A DNA stretch of 64,000 nt from Myxococcota bacterium (GTDB taxonomy: Bacteria > Myxococcota_A > UBA796 > CAJQPC01), in NCBI GenBank assembly GCA_036229005.1, contig JAZAMN010000011.1:160001-224000 (forward strand), written 5' to 3'. The translations under genes were made by a program, and so were the position numbers. Shown piece by piece: positions 26,967-38,899 of this stretch. The notes under the pieces were generated by a model. The model saw nothing but the letters and a program-made list of their open reading frames with translations, was not told the DNA's origin and made no database searches. Each line of letters opens with the position of its first letter. The first letter of the stretch is position 1.

Positions 26967-27875
26967 ATGCTTGTTGCCCTCGCTCTGTTCGCCTGCACCA
27001 AGGACGACACCACCGACGACTCTTCCACGGGAGAGCTCTCCCGCTTCGAGCAGGAGATCTTCGTCGAGCAGACCCCCGTGACCGAGTCCGGCACCAGCCT
27101 GGACACCTGCCACACGCCTGGCCAGGACTGGCCCACCCAGACCCCGGACGCGAGCTGCCAGGTCGAGGTCTCCATGTCCGGCACGGTCCTGGACTTCCAG
27201 GACGACGTCCCTGTGGAGGAGGCCACCACCGAGTTCTGGTGGGACAACACCTACGTCGAGGGCTCCGCGGACCAGACCGTGGTGAGCGACGAGTCGGGCG
27301 ACATCAGCGGCGTGGCCCCCACCTGCACGCCCTACACCTACTCCACCTACACCGATCCGGCGCTCGAGGAGACCGTGCTCACCATCCAGGCGCACAACGT
27401 GATGCCCCCCGGTGAGAGCGTCGAGGACGACCCCAACTCCGTGTCCACCACGACCTACCAGCTCATCCCCGGGCTGCTGGGTGTTGCTGTGGAGCCCGGC
27501 AAGGCCGTCGTGGCTGGAACCGTCTACGGCTGCGAGCGTGAGGGCGACGCCGTCGAGTACGCGCAGGTCATCGCCCGGACCAAGGGAGGCGACTACCTGG
27601 AGGACCAGGATGTCTTCTACTTTGTGGACGACTTCCCCGACCGCAACCAGGAGTGGACCTCGGCCGATGGCCTGTGGATCATCGCCAACGTGCCCGAGAG
27701 CGAGCTGACCATCGAGGTCTGGACCTGGGACGGCAGCGAGCACCAGCTCCGCGCGACCACCGACCTGACCATCATCCCAGACAGCATCAACATCGCCAAC
27801 GCCTACGTGGGCTTCGAGGGCGGCGTGGTGTACCCCGAGGAGTGCCTGAGCTCCTGCGCCGCGGTCGAGGAGTAG
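26967..27875 (+). CDS. Acidic lipoprotein of unknown function (possibly tandem small beta-sandwich domains)
   Basis: AGGAGG SD, MLVALALFAC lipobox, strong coding bias; TSADGLWIIANVP resembles carboxypeptidase-regulatory-like repeats. Confidence 0.7.
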   Translation: MLVALALFACTKDDTTDDSSTGELSRFEQEIFVEQTPVTESGTSLDTCHTPGQDWPTQTPDASCQVEVSMSGTVLDFQDDVPVEEATTEFWWDNTYVEGSADQTVVSDESGDISGVAPTCTPYTYSTYTDPALEETVLTIQAHNVMPPGESVEDDPNSVSTTTYQLIPGLLGVAVEPGKAVVAGTVYGCEREGDAVEYAQVIARTKGGDYLEDQDVFYFVDDFPDRNQEWTSADGLWIIANVPESELTIEVWTWDGSEHQLRATTDLTIIPDSINIANAYVGFEGGVVYPEECLSSCAAVEE

Positions 27876-27879
27876 TCCG

Positions 27880-29442
27880 ATGTTCCTGGCCGCACTGCTG
27901 ATGGCATCCACCGCCCACGCGGTGGAGTTCGAGTCCGCCGACGGCGACACCACTCTGACCCTGGAGGGCTACTACCGCTTCAGGGTCCAGCAGTACGGGG
28001 GGCTCTACGACCCCGCGGCCTGGGACGATCTGGACTCCTCGAACGGGCGCTACTCCGTTCAGCGCCTGCGCCTTGAGCCCTCTCTGAACTTCTCGGAGCG
28101 GGCCAAGGTCTACGCGCAGATCGACGCCCTCGACAACACTTTGATGGGCGACAACGAGGACTTCGCCAGCACCGCGCTGTTCGCCGGCAACGGGAGCTGG
28201 ACCGGCGTCGACGGCCAGCCCGGCGACAACGTCGTGGTGAAGCGCGCCTGGACCCGCTTCTCCCTGCCCGTGGGCACCATGCTGGTCGGCCGCATGGAGT
28301 CCCACTGGGGCATGGGCCTGCTGGCCAACGACGGCAACGACTTCCGAAACACCTGGGGCGAGTCCTACGGCGGCAGCTCCTTCGACCGGATCCTCTTCGC
28401 CACCAAGCCCTTGGCCATCACCGAGGCGGCCTTCGGGTTTGGCAGCGCGGACATCCCGCTGGTGGTGGCGGTCGGCATCGATCGGCTGGTGGAGGACCCC
28501 CTCACCCAGTACTACGGCTACCAGTGTGACCCCGACGACGAGGAGGAGGGCTGCGGGTCCACCGAGGATCACGGCTACACCGAGGACCGGGACACCGAGG
28601 ACCGCCGGGACAACTGGTGGTACGACAACGAGGACGACGTCTACCAGCTCGCCTACGTGGTGTCCTACAAGGGCCAGGACCTGAACTGGGGCAACAAGCT
28701 CACCGACTTCACCCTGGGCGCCCTGGCCTTCAACCGGCACCAGCGGGAGACGGACTCGGCGGTCTGGGTGCTCGACGCCCACACCCGCCTGAACCGGAGC
28801 TGGCTCTACGTGGAGTCCGAGGGCTACGCAATCGTGGGCGAGACCCGCGCCCTGGCGCTGCCCGACTCCACCCAGGAGGACCCCCTGCACAAGGAGGTCA
28901 AGATCTGGGGCGCTGCCGCAAAGGCCGGCTACCAGACCCCCGACCTGGACCTCATCATGGAGTACGGCATCGCCAGCGGCGACGAGTACGCCGGCGACTC
29001 CAGCTTCACCGGGCGCCCCTTCCACGCCGACTACAACGTCGGCCTGCTCCTCTACGAGGAGATCCTGGCCTACGGCACCCGCTACCAGTGGCGGGACGCG
29101 GCGGATGGCCTGTGGAGCCGAGGCGGCGTGTACAACTCCAGCTACCTGTTCCCGCAAGTGCGCTACCAGCTCATCCCCGGCTGGAACCTGCACGGCGCCT
29201 TCCTGGTGGCCATGCCGCACAAGCCCGACGGGGCCATCATCCGCACCGATGACGACGCCGAGTCCGCCCTGCTGGGGTGGGAGGTCGACGCGGCCCTCAA
29301 GATCGACTTCCAGGAGCAGATGAAGTTCTCCCTGGAGGGCGGCTACGCCAAGACCACCGACCGCCTGCCCACCGAGATCTGGGGCATCGCCGAGAACGGC
29401 AGCGTCTGGACGGTGCAGTCCCGCATCGCCTACTCCTTCTGA
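27880..29442 (+). CDS. Outer-membrane beta-barrel protein
   Basis: Signal peptide, amphipathic strands, GRMESHWGMGLLANDG, GWEVD, C-terminal RIAYSF beta-signal. Confidence 0.8.
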   Translation: MFLAALLMASTAHAVEFESADGDTTLTLEGYYRFRVQQYGGLYDPAAWDDLDSSNGRYSVQRLRLEPSLNFSERAKVYAQIDALDNTLMGDNEDFASTALFAGNGSWTGVDGQPGDNVVVKRAWTRFSLPVGTMLVGRMESHWGMGLLANDGNDFRNTWGESYGGSSFDRILFATKPLAITEAAFGFGSADIPLVVAVGIDRLVEDPLTQYYGYQCDPDDEEEGCGSTEDHGYTEDRDTEDRRDNWWYDNEDDVYQLAYVVSYKGQDLNWGNKLTDFTLGALAFNRHQRETDSAVWVLDAHTRLNRSWLYVESEGYAIVGETRALALPDSTQEDPLHKEVKIWGAAAKAGYQTPDLDLIMEYGIASGDEYAGDSSFTGRPFHADYNVGLLLYEEILAYGTRYQWRDAADGLWSRGGVYNSSYLFPQVRYQLIPGWNLHGAFLVAMPHKPDGAIIRTDDDAESALLGWEVDAALKIDFQEQMKFSLEGGYAKTTDRLPTEIWGIAENGSVWTVQSRIAYSF

Positions 29443-29501
29443 GTGGCTATGTAGAGAGGGCCTGACCGGAGTCGGGCCCTCGGGACTCGGAGGAGCGCGC
29501 C

Positions 29502-29753
29502 GTGGACTTCCTGCTGCTCATCGTCGGACGCCTGGTCCAGGGCATCGCGTTCGTGCTCTTCCTGGACGCGATCCTCAGCTGGTTCCAGGAGCCCGACCAG
29601 TTCCCCCGCCGCTACACGCGGGCGCTGGCCGACCCGATCTACGCGCCGCTGCGCGGCTTCCTGATCATCGGTGGAATGGACCTGTCCCCCCTGGTGATGA
29701 TCCTGGGGCTGAACTTCCTCGCGAACGTGCTCCTGGGCGCGGTCTCCCCCTGA
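29502..29753 (+). CDS. YggT family membrane protein
   Basis: AILSWF...DPIYAPLR...GGMDLSPLV. Confidence 0.9.
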   Translation: MDFLLLIVGRLVQGIAFVLFLDAILSWFQEPDQFPRRYTRALADPIYAPLRGFLIIGGMDLSPLVMILGLNFLANVLLGAVSP

Positions 29754-29766
29754 CTGGAGCCGGACG

Positions 29767-30468
29767 ATGCTGACCACCCTTCTCTTGCTGTGCAGCCTGG
29801 CGGTGGCCGGGCTGGACGCCGATCTGGAGCGGGCCGCGAACGGGGACCTGTCGGAGGCCATGCGCCGGGAGGCCTTCAACAGCCTGACCCGGAGCTACAG
29901 CACGGAGCGGCCCCAGATGGAGGCCGTGCTGTTCGACCAGAAGGCGGACGCGCGCCAGCGCTGGGTCCTGGCCCGCTCCCTGGGCCACACCGGCAGCAAG
30001 GACGCTATGCGGGCGCTGCTCAAGCTCTGCGAGGACCCCATGCCCGCGATGCGCGCTGCAGCCGCCGGCGGCCTCGGGGACCTGGGCTTCAAGGACGCCA
30101 GCCCCAAGGTCGCCAGCCTCCTGGAAGACGACGCGATCATGGTCCGCGGAGAGGCGGCCATCGCTCTGGGCAAGATCGGCGACCACGCCTCGGCTCCGGC
30201 CCTGGAGGCCGCGCTCCGAGATCGCAGCAACTTCTACCGGGACCAGAGCCTGTGGGTGCGCGTGCACTACGTCACCGCCCTGGGTCAGATCGGCGCCCCC
30301 TCTTCGACCGCGGTGCTCATCGCCGCGCTGGAGGACCAGGACCGGGCGGTTCAAGACGCCGCGCTGGCCGCCCTGCGCGAGGCCGAGGGCTTCGACTTTG
30401 CCGAGGGGCGCACCCGCAGCGAGCACATCCAGGCCTGGCAACGTTGGTACGCGGCGCAGGACCGCTGA
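29767..30468 (+). CDS. Exported HEAT-repeat protein
   Basis: Signal peptide; repeated L-x-D...VR..AA.ALG.IG units. Confidence 0.85.
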   Translation: MLTTLLLLCSLAVAGLDADLERAANGDLSEAMRREAFNSLTRSYSTERPQMEAVLFDQKADARQRWVLARSLGHTGSKDAMRALLKLCEDPMPAMRAAAAGGLGDLGFKDASPKVASLLEDDAIMVRGEAAIALGKIGDHASAPALEAALRDRSNFYRDQSLWVRVHYVTALGQIGAPSSTAVLIAALEDQDRAVQDAALAALREAEGFDFAEGRTRSEHIQAWQRWYAAQDR

Positions 30469-30483
30469 CCCCCGGGGCTCAGC

Positions 30484-31224
30484 TCAGCGCTTCACGCTCA
30501 GCTTCATCACGGTCTTGCCCACGCCCAGGGTGTCCCCCGAGCGGATGCGCGTGACGCCGACCTTGCGGCCGTTGTGGAAGGTGCCGTTTGTGGAGCCCAG
30601 GTCCCGCAGGAACACCATCTCGCGGCCGAAGAGCTCCAGCACAGCGTGCCGGCGGCTGACCTCAGGGTCGGAGAGCGGGATCTCGCCCATCTTGCGCCCG
30701 ATGGTCACGTTGCCCCGGGTGAAGCGGAACACCTTGCCCGCGTCCTGGCCCGCGACGACCTCCAGCACCGCGATGATGCCAGGAGGGAGCCGGAGGTCCT
30801 GACCGATCACGTCGGCGGGGGTCCCGGTCTTGTCGCGGCTCCCTTTGAGCTCGACGAGCTCCTCGTCCAGCAGCCAGGCGATCTCGAGCTGCTTGGGGCC
30901 GTCCGCGGAGCCGCCGTCCGTTTCCCCGTCTTCCGCCAGGAAGAGCACCATGCGGGTGCTGCCCACGCTGATCTCAGCCCCCGGCCGAAGCTGGCTCTCG
31001 CGGACCAGCCGGCCGTCGACCATGGTGCCGTTGGTGGAGCCCAGGTCCCGCAGGAACCAGTGCCCCTGGTTGAAGCGGATCTCCAGGTGCCGGCTGGAGA
31101 TCATGGCGTCATCGAGCACCAGATCGCCGCCCCGGCGGCCAACGACAAGCGGCGCGTCCAAGGGCAGAGGCACGTTCAGCCCCTGCTTGGAGCCCGCGAC
31201 GATCTTGAGGAAGGCCTGCCCCAT
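30484..31224 (-). CDS. Tandem FHA-domain protein
   Basis: Two GR...SxxH...DLGSTNGT FHA motifs; ATG at 31224 overlaps the upstream stop. Confidence 0.93.
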   Translation of the reverse strand: MGQAFLKIVAGSKQGLNVPLPLDAPLVVGRRGGDLVLDDAMISSRHLEIRFNQGHWFLRDLGSTNGTMVDGRLVRESQLRPGAEISVGSTRMVLFLAEDGETDGGSADGPKQLEIAWLLDEELVELKGSRDKTGTPADVIGQDLRLPPGIIAVLEVVAGQDAGKVFRFTRGNVTIGRKMGEIPLSDPEVSRRHAVLELFGREMVFLRDLGSTNGTFHNGRKVGVTRIRSGDTLGVGKTVMKLSVKR

Positions 31225-32147
31225 CAGGCTTCTTTGGCCTGGGCAGCGGCCTGGCACTGGGCACGCCAGGCCTGGTGGTATCGCCCGGGCAGGGGCCGCC
31301 CCAGCATGTCCTCGACGAAGAGACCGGCGTTGGAGAGCGCGGGCAGGTCGATGCCGGTTTGGTAGCCCATCTCGGTGAGCATGTAGACGAGATCCTCGCT
31401 CGCAGCGTTCCCGCTCGCACCCGGCGCGTAGGGGCAGCCGCCCAGACCCGCGACCGAGGTGTCGAACTGCCGGACCCCAGCCTCCAGGCCCGCCAAGATG
31501 TTGGCCAGAGCGGTCCCGCGGGTGTCGTGCATGTGCAAGGTCACCCGCTCGGGCCCCACGCCTGCCTCGCCCAGCAGCCGGATGATCTCCTGGACCTGCC
31601 GGGGGTTGCCCATGCCGGTGGTGTCGCCCAGGGAGATCCGCTCGGCGCCGGCCTCGAGCAGGGCCAGGGAGAGGTCCACGGTGCGCTGGGGGTCGGTCTT
31701 GCCCTCGTAGGGGCAGCCAAAGACGGTGGACAGGTAGCTGCGCACCCGGAGGCCCTCGGCGCGGGCGTCCGCGATGACCTCGCGCAGGCCCATCAGCGAC
31801 TCGGAGGTCGAGCGGTTCACGTTCTTGAGGTTGTGGGTCTCGCTGACGGACATGAAGGTCGCGACCGCCTTCATCTCCACACCCACGGCCCGGTCCAGGC
31901 CCCGCTTGTTGGGGACGAGGCCCCAGTAGGTCACGCCCTCGACGTCCGGGAGCGCACCGACCACCTGATCGGCGTCGGCGAGCTGGGGGATCCAGCGGGG
32001 CCGGACGAAGGAGGACACCTCGATGTCGCGTACCCCGGCGGCGACAAGCTGCTCGATGAAGGCGAGCTTGTCCTGGGTGCTGAGGGTGACGGACTCGTTC
32101 TGGAGACCATCCCTCGGGCCGACTTCGTAGACGCTGACGCGCTCCAT
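31224..32147 (-). CDS. Hydroxymethylglutaryl-CoA lyase
   Basis: EVGPRDGLQNE, HMHDTRG, GLGGCPYAPGASGN. Confidence 0.95.
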   Translation of the reverse strand: MERVSVYEVGPRDGLQNESVTLSTQDKLAFIEQLVAAGVRDIEVSSFVRPRWIPQLADADQVVGALPDVEGVTYWGLVPNKRGLDRAVGVEMKAVATFMSVSETHNLKNVNRSTSESLMGLREVIADARAEGLRVRSYLSTVFGCPYEGKTDPQRTVDLSLALLEAGAERISLGDTTGMGNPRQVQEIIRLLGEAGVGPERVTLHMHDTRGTALANILAGLEAGVRQFDTSVAGLGGCPYAPGASGNAASEDLVYMLTEMGYQTGIDLPALSNAGLFVEDMLGRPLPGRYHQAWRAQCQAAAQAKEA

Positions 32148-32212
32148 GCAACCTCCCAGGTTGCTCCCATCATAGCCGCGCAGGGCGGAAGAGGACAGGA
32201 GCCCTCCTTGGC

Positions 32213-33130
<918 letters not shown>

Positions 33131-33237
33131 GGGGTCCTCCAGAGAAGGGGGTCGTTCGCGCATAGGGTCCTCAATGCGGCGGCGGGGTTCAACCCAGCAC
33201 ACAGATTCCTGGCACGGTGGTTGCTCTCAGTGGGCGC

Positions 33238-34158
33238 ATGATGCCGCTCCTGCTCCTCTCCGCCCTCTCCCTTCTCCCCACCGCGGGGGGCTCGGGAGCG
33301 TCCCAGACCCCGGCCTGGATCGCCCACCGCGGGGTGCATCAGGTCATCCAGCTCCAAGGCGTGGAGGCTGACACCTGCACCGCCGACCGCATCCTGCCCT
33401 CCACCCACACGCACCTCGAGAACACCCTGGAGTCCGTGCAGGCGGCGCTGGAGGCGGGTGCGCAGAAGGTGGAGGTGGATCTCCAGCGCAGCGCAGACGG
33501 CCACCTCGTCCTCTTCCACGACGCAGACCTGTCCTGCCGAACGGATGGGAGCGGCCCGGTCGCCGAGCACACCCTGAGCGCGCTGCAGGCGCTGGACCTG
33601 GGCTACGGCTACACCGCGGATGGCGGGCAGAGCTTCCCCCTGCGCGGAGCTCCCCAGCGAATGCCGACGCTGGAGGCGCTGTTGGAGACCTTCCCGGAGG
33701 CGGCGTTCGTGTTCCACCTCAAGAGCTCCGACCCCCGGGTTGGGCTGGACCTGGCCCGGGCGCTGGAGGGCGCCGAAAATCCACATTGGGTGTACGGCCA
33801 TCCACGATCCGTTGCAGCCTTCACCGAGCAGGCGCCCCACATCCCCACCCTGGACAAGCCCAGGCTCAAGGCCTGCCTCAAGGAGGCCGCGCGAACGCCC
33901 CTGCAAGCGACTCTGCCGTCAACCTGTGACCGGAGCTGGATCCTCCTGCCCGCCCCTTGGACCCGGCTGATTCCCGGTGGACCTCGGCGCTTCTTCAAGC
34001 GAGCGGAGCGGAGCGGCGTTCCGGTCGTGTTGGCGGGCCCGCTGGTAGATGGCAATGGCACCGGCGTGGACAGTTCCCGGGATCTACGCCGCGTCCCCCG
34101 CAGCTTTCAGGGCTGGCTCTGGACCAACCGCGTCGAGGAGATGGCCCCGCCGCGTTAG
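33238..34158 (+). CDS. Glycerophosphodiester phosphodiesterase family protein
   Basis: IAHRG, ENTLES, EVDLQRSADGHLVLFHD motifs; signal peptide. Confidence 0.9.
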   Translation: MMPLLLLSALSLLPTAGGSGASQTPAWIAHRGVHQVIQLQGVEADTCTADRILPSTHTHLENTLESVQAALEAGAQKVEVDLQRSADGHLVLFHDADLSCRTDGSGPVAEHTLSALQALDLGYGYTADGGQSFPLRGAPQRMPTLEALLETFPEAAFVFHLKSSDPRVGLDLARALEGAENPHWVYGHPRSVAAFTEQAPHIPTLDKPRLKACLKEAARTPLQATLPSTCDRSWILLPAPWTRLIPGGPRRFFKRAERSGVPVVLAGPLVDGNGTGVDSSRDLRRVPRSFQGWLWTNRVEEMAPPR

Positions 34159-34179
34159 ATGCGGGGGCGGAGAGTCCTC

Positions 34180-35109
34180 ATGGTCCGAGATCGGTGGTAC
34201 GTGGTCCTGGAGACCGGAGAGCTCCCCCGCAAGGGCGCGCTGGGCGTGGTTCGCTTCGGCCGCCGCCTGGCCTTCTGGCGCGATGAGGCCGGCACGCTGC
34301 GCTGCGTGGACGACGACTGCCCACATCGGGGGGCCGCGCTCTCCCAAGGGCGCATCGTCGACGGCTGCCTGGAGTGCCCGTACCACGGCTTCCGCTTCGA
34401 CGAGAAGGGGCAGTGCACGCACATCCCCGCCCACGGCCAGGACCGCCCCATCCCCAAGGCGATGCGCACCCGAGCCTGGCCCGTACGCGAAGACCAGGGC
34501 TTTGTGTGGCTCTGGCTGGGCGAGCACCGAGAGCAGCTCCCCCCCCTCCCCTTCTTCGACGACCTCCGCGAGGGCTACGCCTGGGCCGGCGCCACGGACG
34601 ACTGGGACACGGACTGGACCCGGGCGATGGAGACGCAGCTCGACTTCACCCACCTGCCCTTCGTCCACCAGGACAGCATCGGCAAGAAGGTCCCCCACCG
34701 CCTGGAGGTCGACACCCAGGTCGACGGCGACCGCATGCTCATCCGCTACGACCCCGAGACCTACGACGCCAAGGACTTCCTGGTCGAGGTGCGCAACCCG
34801 GGGCTGTGGCGCAACCAGCTCACCCCCGGCGTCTGGGGCTTTCTGGCCTTCGTCCCCGTGCGCGAGGGCCAGTGTCGCGTCTACCTGCGCTTCTACCAGA
34901 ACAAGCTGACCCTGCCGGTGCTCGGCACGCTGTTCTCGGCGCTGTCGAACCTCTACAACCTCAAGGTCCTCAACGAGGACAAGGTCGTCGCGCTCACCCA
35001 GGAGCCCCGCAAGACCTGGCTGCGCATGGGCGAGACCCTGCTCCCCTCCGACCGCCCCATCATCGCCTTCCGCCGCTGGCTGGACACCCAGCCGCACCTG
35101 GAGGACTGA
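34180..35109 (+). CDS. Rieske non-heme iron oxygenase (VanA-like)
   Basis: CPHRG...CPYHG Rieske motif; DFTHLPFVH and NED mononuclear Fe ligands. Confidence 0.92.
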   Translation: MVRDRWYVVLETGELPRKGALGVVRFGRRLAFWRDEAGTLRCVDDDCPHRGAALSQGRIVDGCLECPYHGFRFDEKGQCTHIPAHGQDRPIPKAMRTRAWPVREDQGFVWLWLGEHREQLPPLPFFDDLREGYAWAGATDDWDTDWTRAMETQLDFTHLPFVHQDSIGKKVPHRLEVDTQVDGDRMLIRYDPETYDAKDFLVEVRNPGLWRNQLTPGVWGFLAFVPVREGQCRVYLRFYQNKLTLPVLGTLFSALSNLYNLKVLNEDKVVALTQEPRKTWLRMGETLLPSDRPIIAFRRWLDTQPHLED

Positions 35110-36039
35110 GTGTCCCTGCAGCTCCTGATCAGCCCCCTCGCCCAGCAAGCCTTCTTTGGGGAGGTGGACGCCGTGGCCCTCGCAGAGCTTGAGGCTCACC
35201 ACCCCGGCTGCGATCCACGCGTGCACTCCAAGGGACCTCTGCGCCTCGTCGAGGTCAGTCTGTCCTCGTCGGCGGCCGAGAGTCTGGCGCGGCTGTCCTG
35301 GGTGCAGGCGGTGTTCGAGACGGTGGGCCAGGATCTGCGGGTGCTGGAGATCCCCTCCCCCTTCATCCACCCGCCAGAGCTGGTCACGGGCAACAAGTAC
35401 CGCGGCAAGACCAACGAACTGGCCACCCAGATGGCGATCAACCTGGCGATCGCGGCCTGCCGCCTGGAGCCCAAGAGCCTGCTGGATCCCGTCGCGGGGC
35501 GCGGCACGACGCTGCTGTGGGCGATGCGCTACGGGCTGGAGGCCTGGGGCATCGAGAAGGACCCGGCGGCCATCGACCACCTGCGGCGGCACCTGGGGCG
35601 GCAGACCAAGCTGCGGCGCCTCAAGCACAAGCTGCAGACCGGCGGCAAAGCGGGCAAGGCGGGGGCCTTCCTGGACCTCCAGCTCCTGGATCCCAGCGGA
35701 CGCATGCGGCTGGTCACCGGCAGCAGCCAGAACGCGGGCAAGCTGCTCCAGAACAAGCGGGTCGAACTGATCGTGGGCGATCTGCCCTACGGGGTGCAGC
35801 ACGTCGGCCCCGGCGGCACCCGCGATCCCTCCAAGGTGCTGGAGGCCTGCGCGCGCCCTTGGACCGAGCGGCTCAAGGATGGGGGCGCGATGGTGCTGCT
35901 CTACAACCGCCTGCTCCCCAAGCGAGAGGTCCTGGCCCCTCTGTTCGAGAAGCAGGGGCTGCGGGTGCTGGACTGGCAGGCTCCCCACCGGATGAGCGAG
36001 TCGATCCTGCGGGATGTGCTGGTGATGGTGAAGGACTGA
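35110..36039 (+). CDS. SAM-dependent methyltransferase (Trm11/amino-methylase-like)
   Basis: LDPVAGRGTT motif I, GIE motif II, DLPYG motif IV. Confidence 0.82.
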   Translation: MSLQLLISPLAQQAFFGEVDAVALAELEAHHPGCDPRVHSKGPLRLVEVSLSSSAAESLARLSWVQAVFETVGQDLRVLEIPSPFIHPPELVTGNKYRGKTNELATQMAINLAIAACRLEPKSLLDPVAGRGTTLLWAMRYGLEAWGIEKDPAAIDHLRRHLGRQTKLRRLKHKLQTGGKAGKAGAFLDLQLLDPSGRMRLVTGSSQNAGKLLQNKRVELIVGDLPYGVQHVGPGGTRDPSKVLEACARPWTERLKDGGAMVLLYNRLLPKREVLAPLFEKQGLRVLDWQAPHRMSESILRDVLVMVKD

Positions 36040-36060
36040 GGGCGCGGCCAGCGGGGCGAA

Positions 36061-36252
36061 GCCCCGAAAACGAAGATGCCCTCCCCGAAGGGAGGGCATT
36101 CGAATGGTGACCCCTACGCCCGGGCCGAAGGCCCCAGGAATACCGCGAACCCCGCGGGGCGAAGCCCCCGGAGACATACACGGGTTCGAATCCCGCCCCG
36201 AAAACGAAGATGCCCTCCCCGAAGGGAGGGCATTCGAATGGTGACCCCTACG
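36061..36252. repeat. 58-bp direct repeat (36061-36118, 36195-36252) of the tRNA-Glu 3' end plus terminator
   Basis: Both copies read gccccgaaaacgaagatgccctccccgaagggagggcattcgaatggtgacccctacg. Confidence 0.95.
36200..36233 (-). terminator. Terminator after tRNA-Glu (second copy at about 36066-36099)
   Basis: ATGCCCTCCC-TTCG-GGGAGGGCAT then CTTCGTTTT. Confidence 0.75.
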
Positions 36253-36316
36253 GGATTCGAACCCGTGTTGCCGGGATGAAAACCCGGTGTCCTGGACCTG
36301 ACTAGACGAAGGGGTC
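36239..36316 (-). tRNA. tRNA-Glu(UUC)
   Basis: GACCCCT...TTC anticodon...GGTTCGAATCC...GGGGTCACCA. Confidence 0.96.
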
Positions 36317-36328
36317 AAAGGGTGAGGG

Positions 36329-36404
<76 letters not shown>

Positions 36405-36415
36405 AGCCGCAGCCG

Positions 36416-37730
<1,315 letters not shown>

Positions 37731-37854
37731 TTAGCCGCCCGAGCAGGGCCCGGGTCCATTTCGTGGCAGGAGCGTTGCACGCCCAGGTACCGCCGAGCCG
37801 GCCACGCCTCCAATCTCCCCCTTGCGCGCGACCACAAGGGGATCCGAAGGCCGC

Positions 37855-38895
37855 CTACCGAGTGCGCTTGGCCCCGCTGCGGGCGTCCTCGTTGCTGCCA
37901 TCGATCGCGACGGCGGCGCGGTATTCCCGGTGTGCGTTGCGTTGCAGTCCCTGACCTTCGTAGGCCCGGGCCAGCTCCAGCCGGTACTTGAAGACCCGAG
38001 GCCCCTTTCCGACGGCCTTGCGGAGCTGATCCACAGCTCCCCGGTCGTTCTCGTCCAGGCGCCGGAGCGCTCGCCCCAGCCGGTAGTGGGCCTCTCCGTT
38101 GGGCGGATCCAGCTCCACAGCGCGGGCAAAGTGCGTCACCGCCTCCCGCAGCGAGCCGTACTGCTCCGCGTTGTCCCCCATCGCGACGATGTGATCGATC
38201 TGCACCTGGCGCGCCCGGGTGTTGGCGTCTTCAAAGGCCTCCCGGTAATGCTCGTTCTTGGGGTCGAACTGCGTGGCCAGGTAGAAGGAGCTGGAGGCCT
38301 TGCTCCAATTCTCAGCGTCCATGGCCTCCTTGCCCGCGCGGTAGTGCTCCTTGCCCTTGCGGATCCGCTCGATCATGCGCTGCTTGAAGGCCTCGACGGC
38401 GGAGGGAACGGCGGGCCCCTTCTTGGCCTTCGGCTTTGAGCGCTTGCGCTTGCGCTGGGACTGAGCCGCCCGGAATCGGGCCTTGTCCGCGCGCTTCTTG
38501 GCGTCCTCGGAGTCCCAACGGACCTCGTGGTGGGAGACGTCCTCTGGACTTGGCTCGGTGGGCTGGCTGCTGGTGGCGGCCTCGGGCTTCTTCCTCCGCC
38601 GCCGCCTGGGCTGCTCGTCCCCTGCCTTCTCCCCGCGCCGGAGCCGGCTGCTGAGGTTCTGGTAGGCCTCATTGATCCCCGCGAACACGTCCTCGATGAG
38701 GTCGGCGTCCTGTCCGAGGTCCTTCCGGTAGAAACGGTCCGGGTGGTAACGGCGCGAGAGCTCGTAGTAGCTGGCGCGCAGCTCCTTGGTCCCAGCCCCA
38801 GCACCGAGCTTGAACAGCGTCTCGTAGTCAGCGAGCTCCAGCAGGCTCTTCATCCTGCGGAGATCGGCGAGTTCCTGTTCGTTGAGTCCGGACAC
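37855..38895 (-). CDS. J-domain plus TPR protein
   Basis: SRRYHPDRF J-domain; C-terminal TPRs (RAVELDP...AHYRLGRAL). Confidence 0.85.
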   Translation of the reverse strand: MSGLNEQELADLRRMKSLLELADYETLFKLGAGAGTKELRASYYELSRRYHPDRFYRKDLGQDADLIEDVFAGINEAYQNLSSRLRRGEKAGDEQPRRRRRKKPEAATSSQPTEPSPEDVSHHEVRWDSEDAKKRADKARFRAAQSQRKRKRSKPKAKKGPAVPSAVEAFKQRMIERIRKGKEHYRAGKEAMDAENWSKASSSFYLATQFDPKNEHYREAFEDANTRARQVQIDHIVAMGDNAEQYGSLREAVTHFARAVELDPPNGEAHYRLGRALRRLDENDRGAVDQLRKAVGKGPRVFKYRLELARAYEGQGLQRNAHREYRAAVAIDGSNEDARSGAKRTR

Positions 38896-38899
38896 GCCT

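Noticed and set aside
33238..36118. Genomic island integrated at tRNA-Glu
   Set aside because: The only tRNA 3'-end copy I saw is 134 bp away; no distal att copy or integrase, and the genes look host-like.
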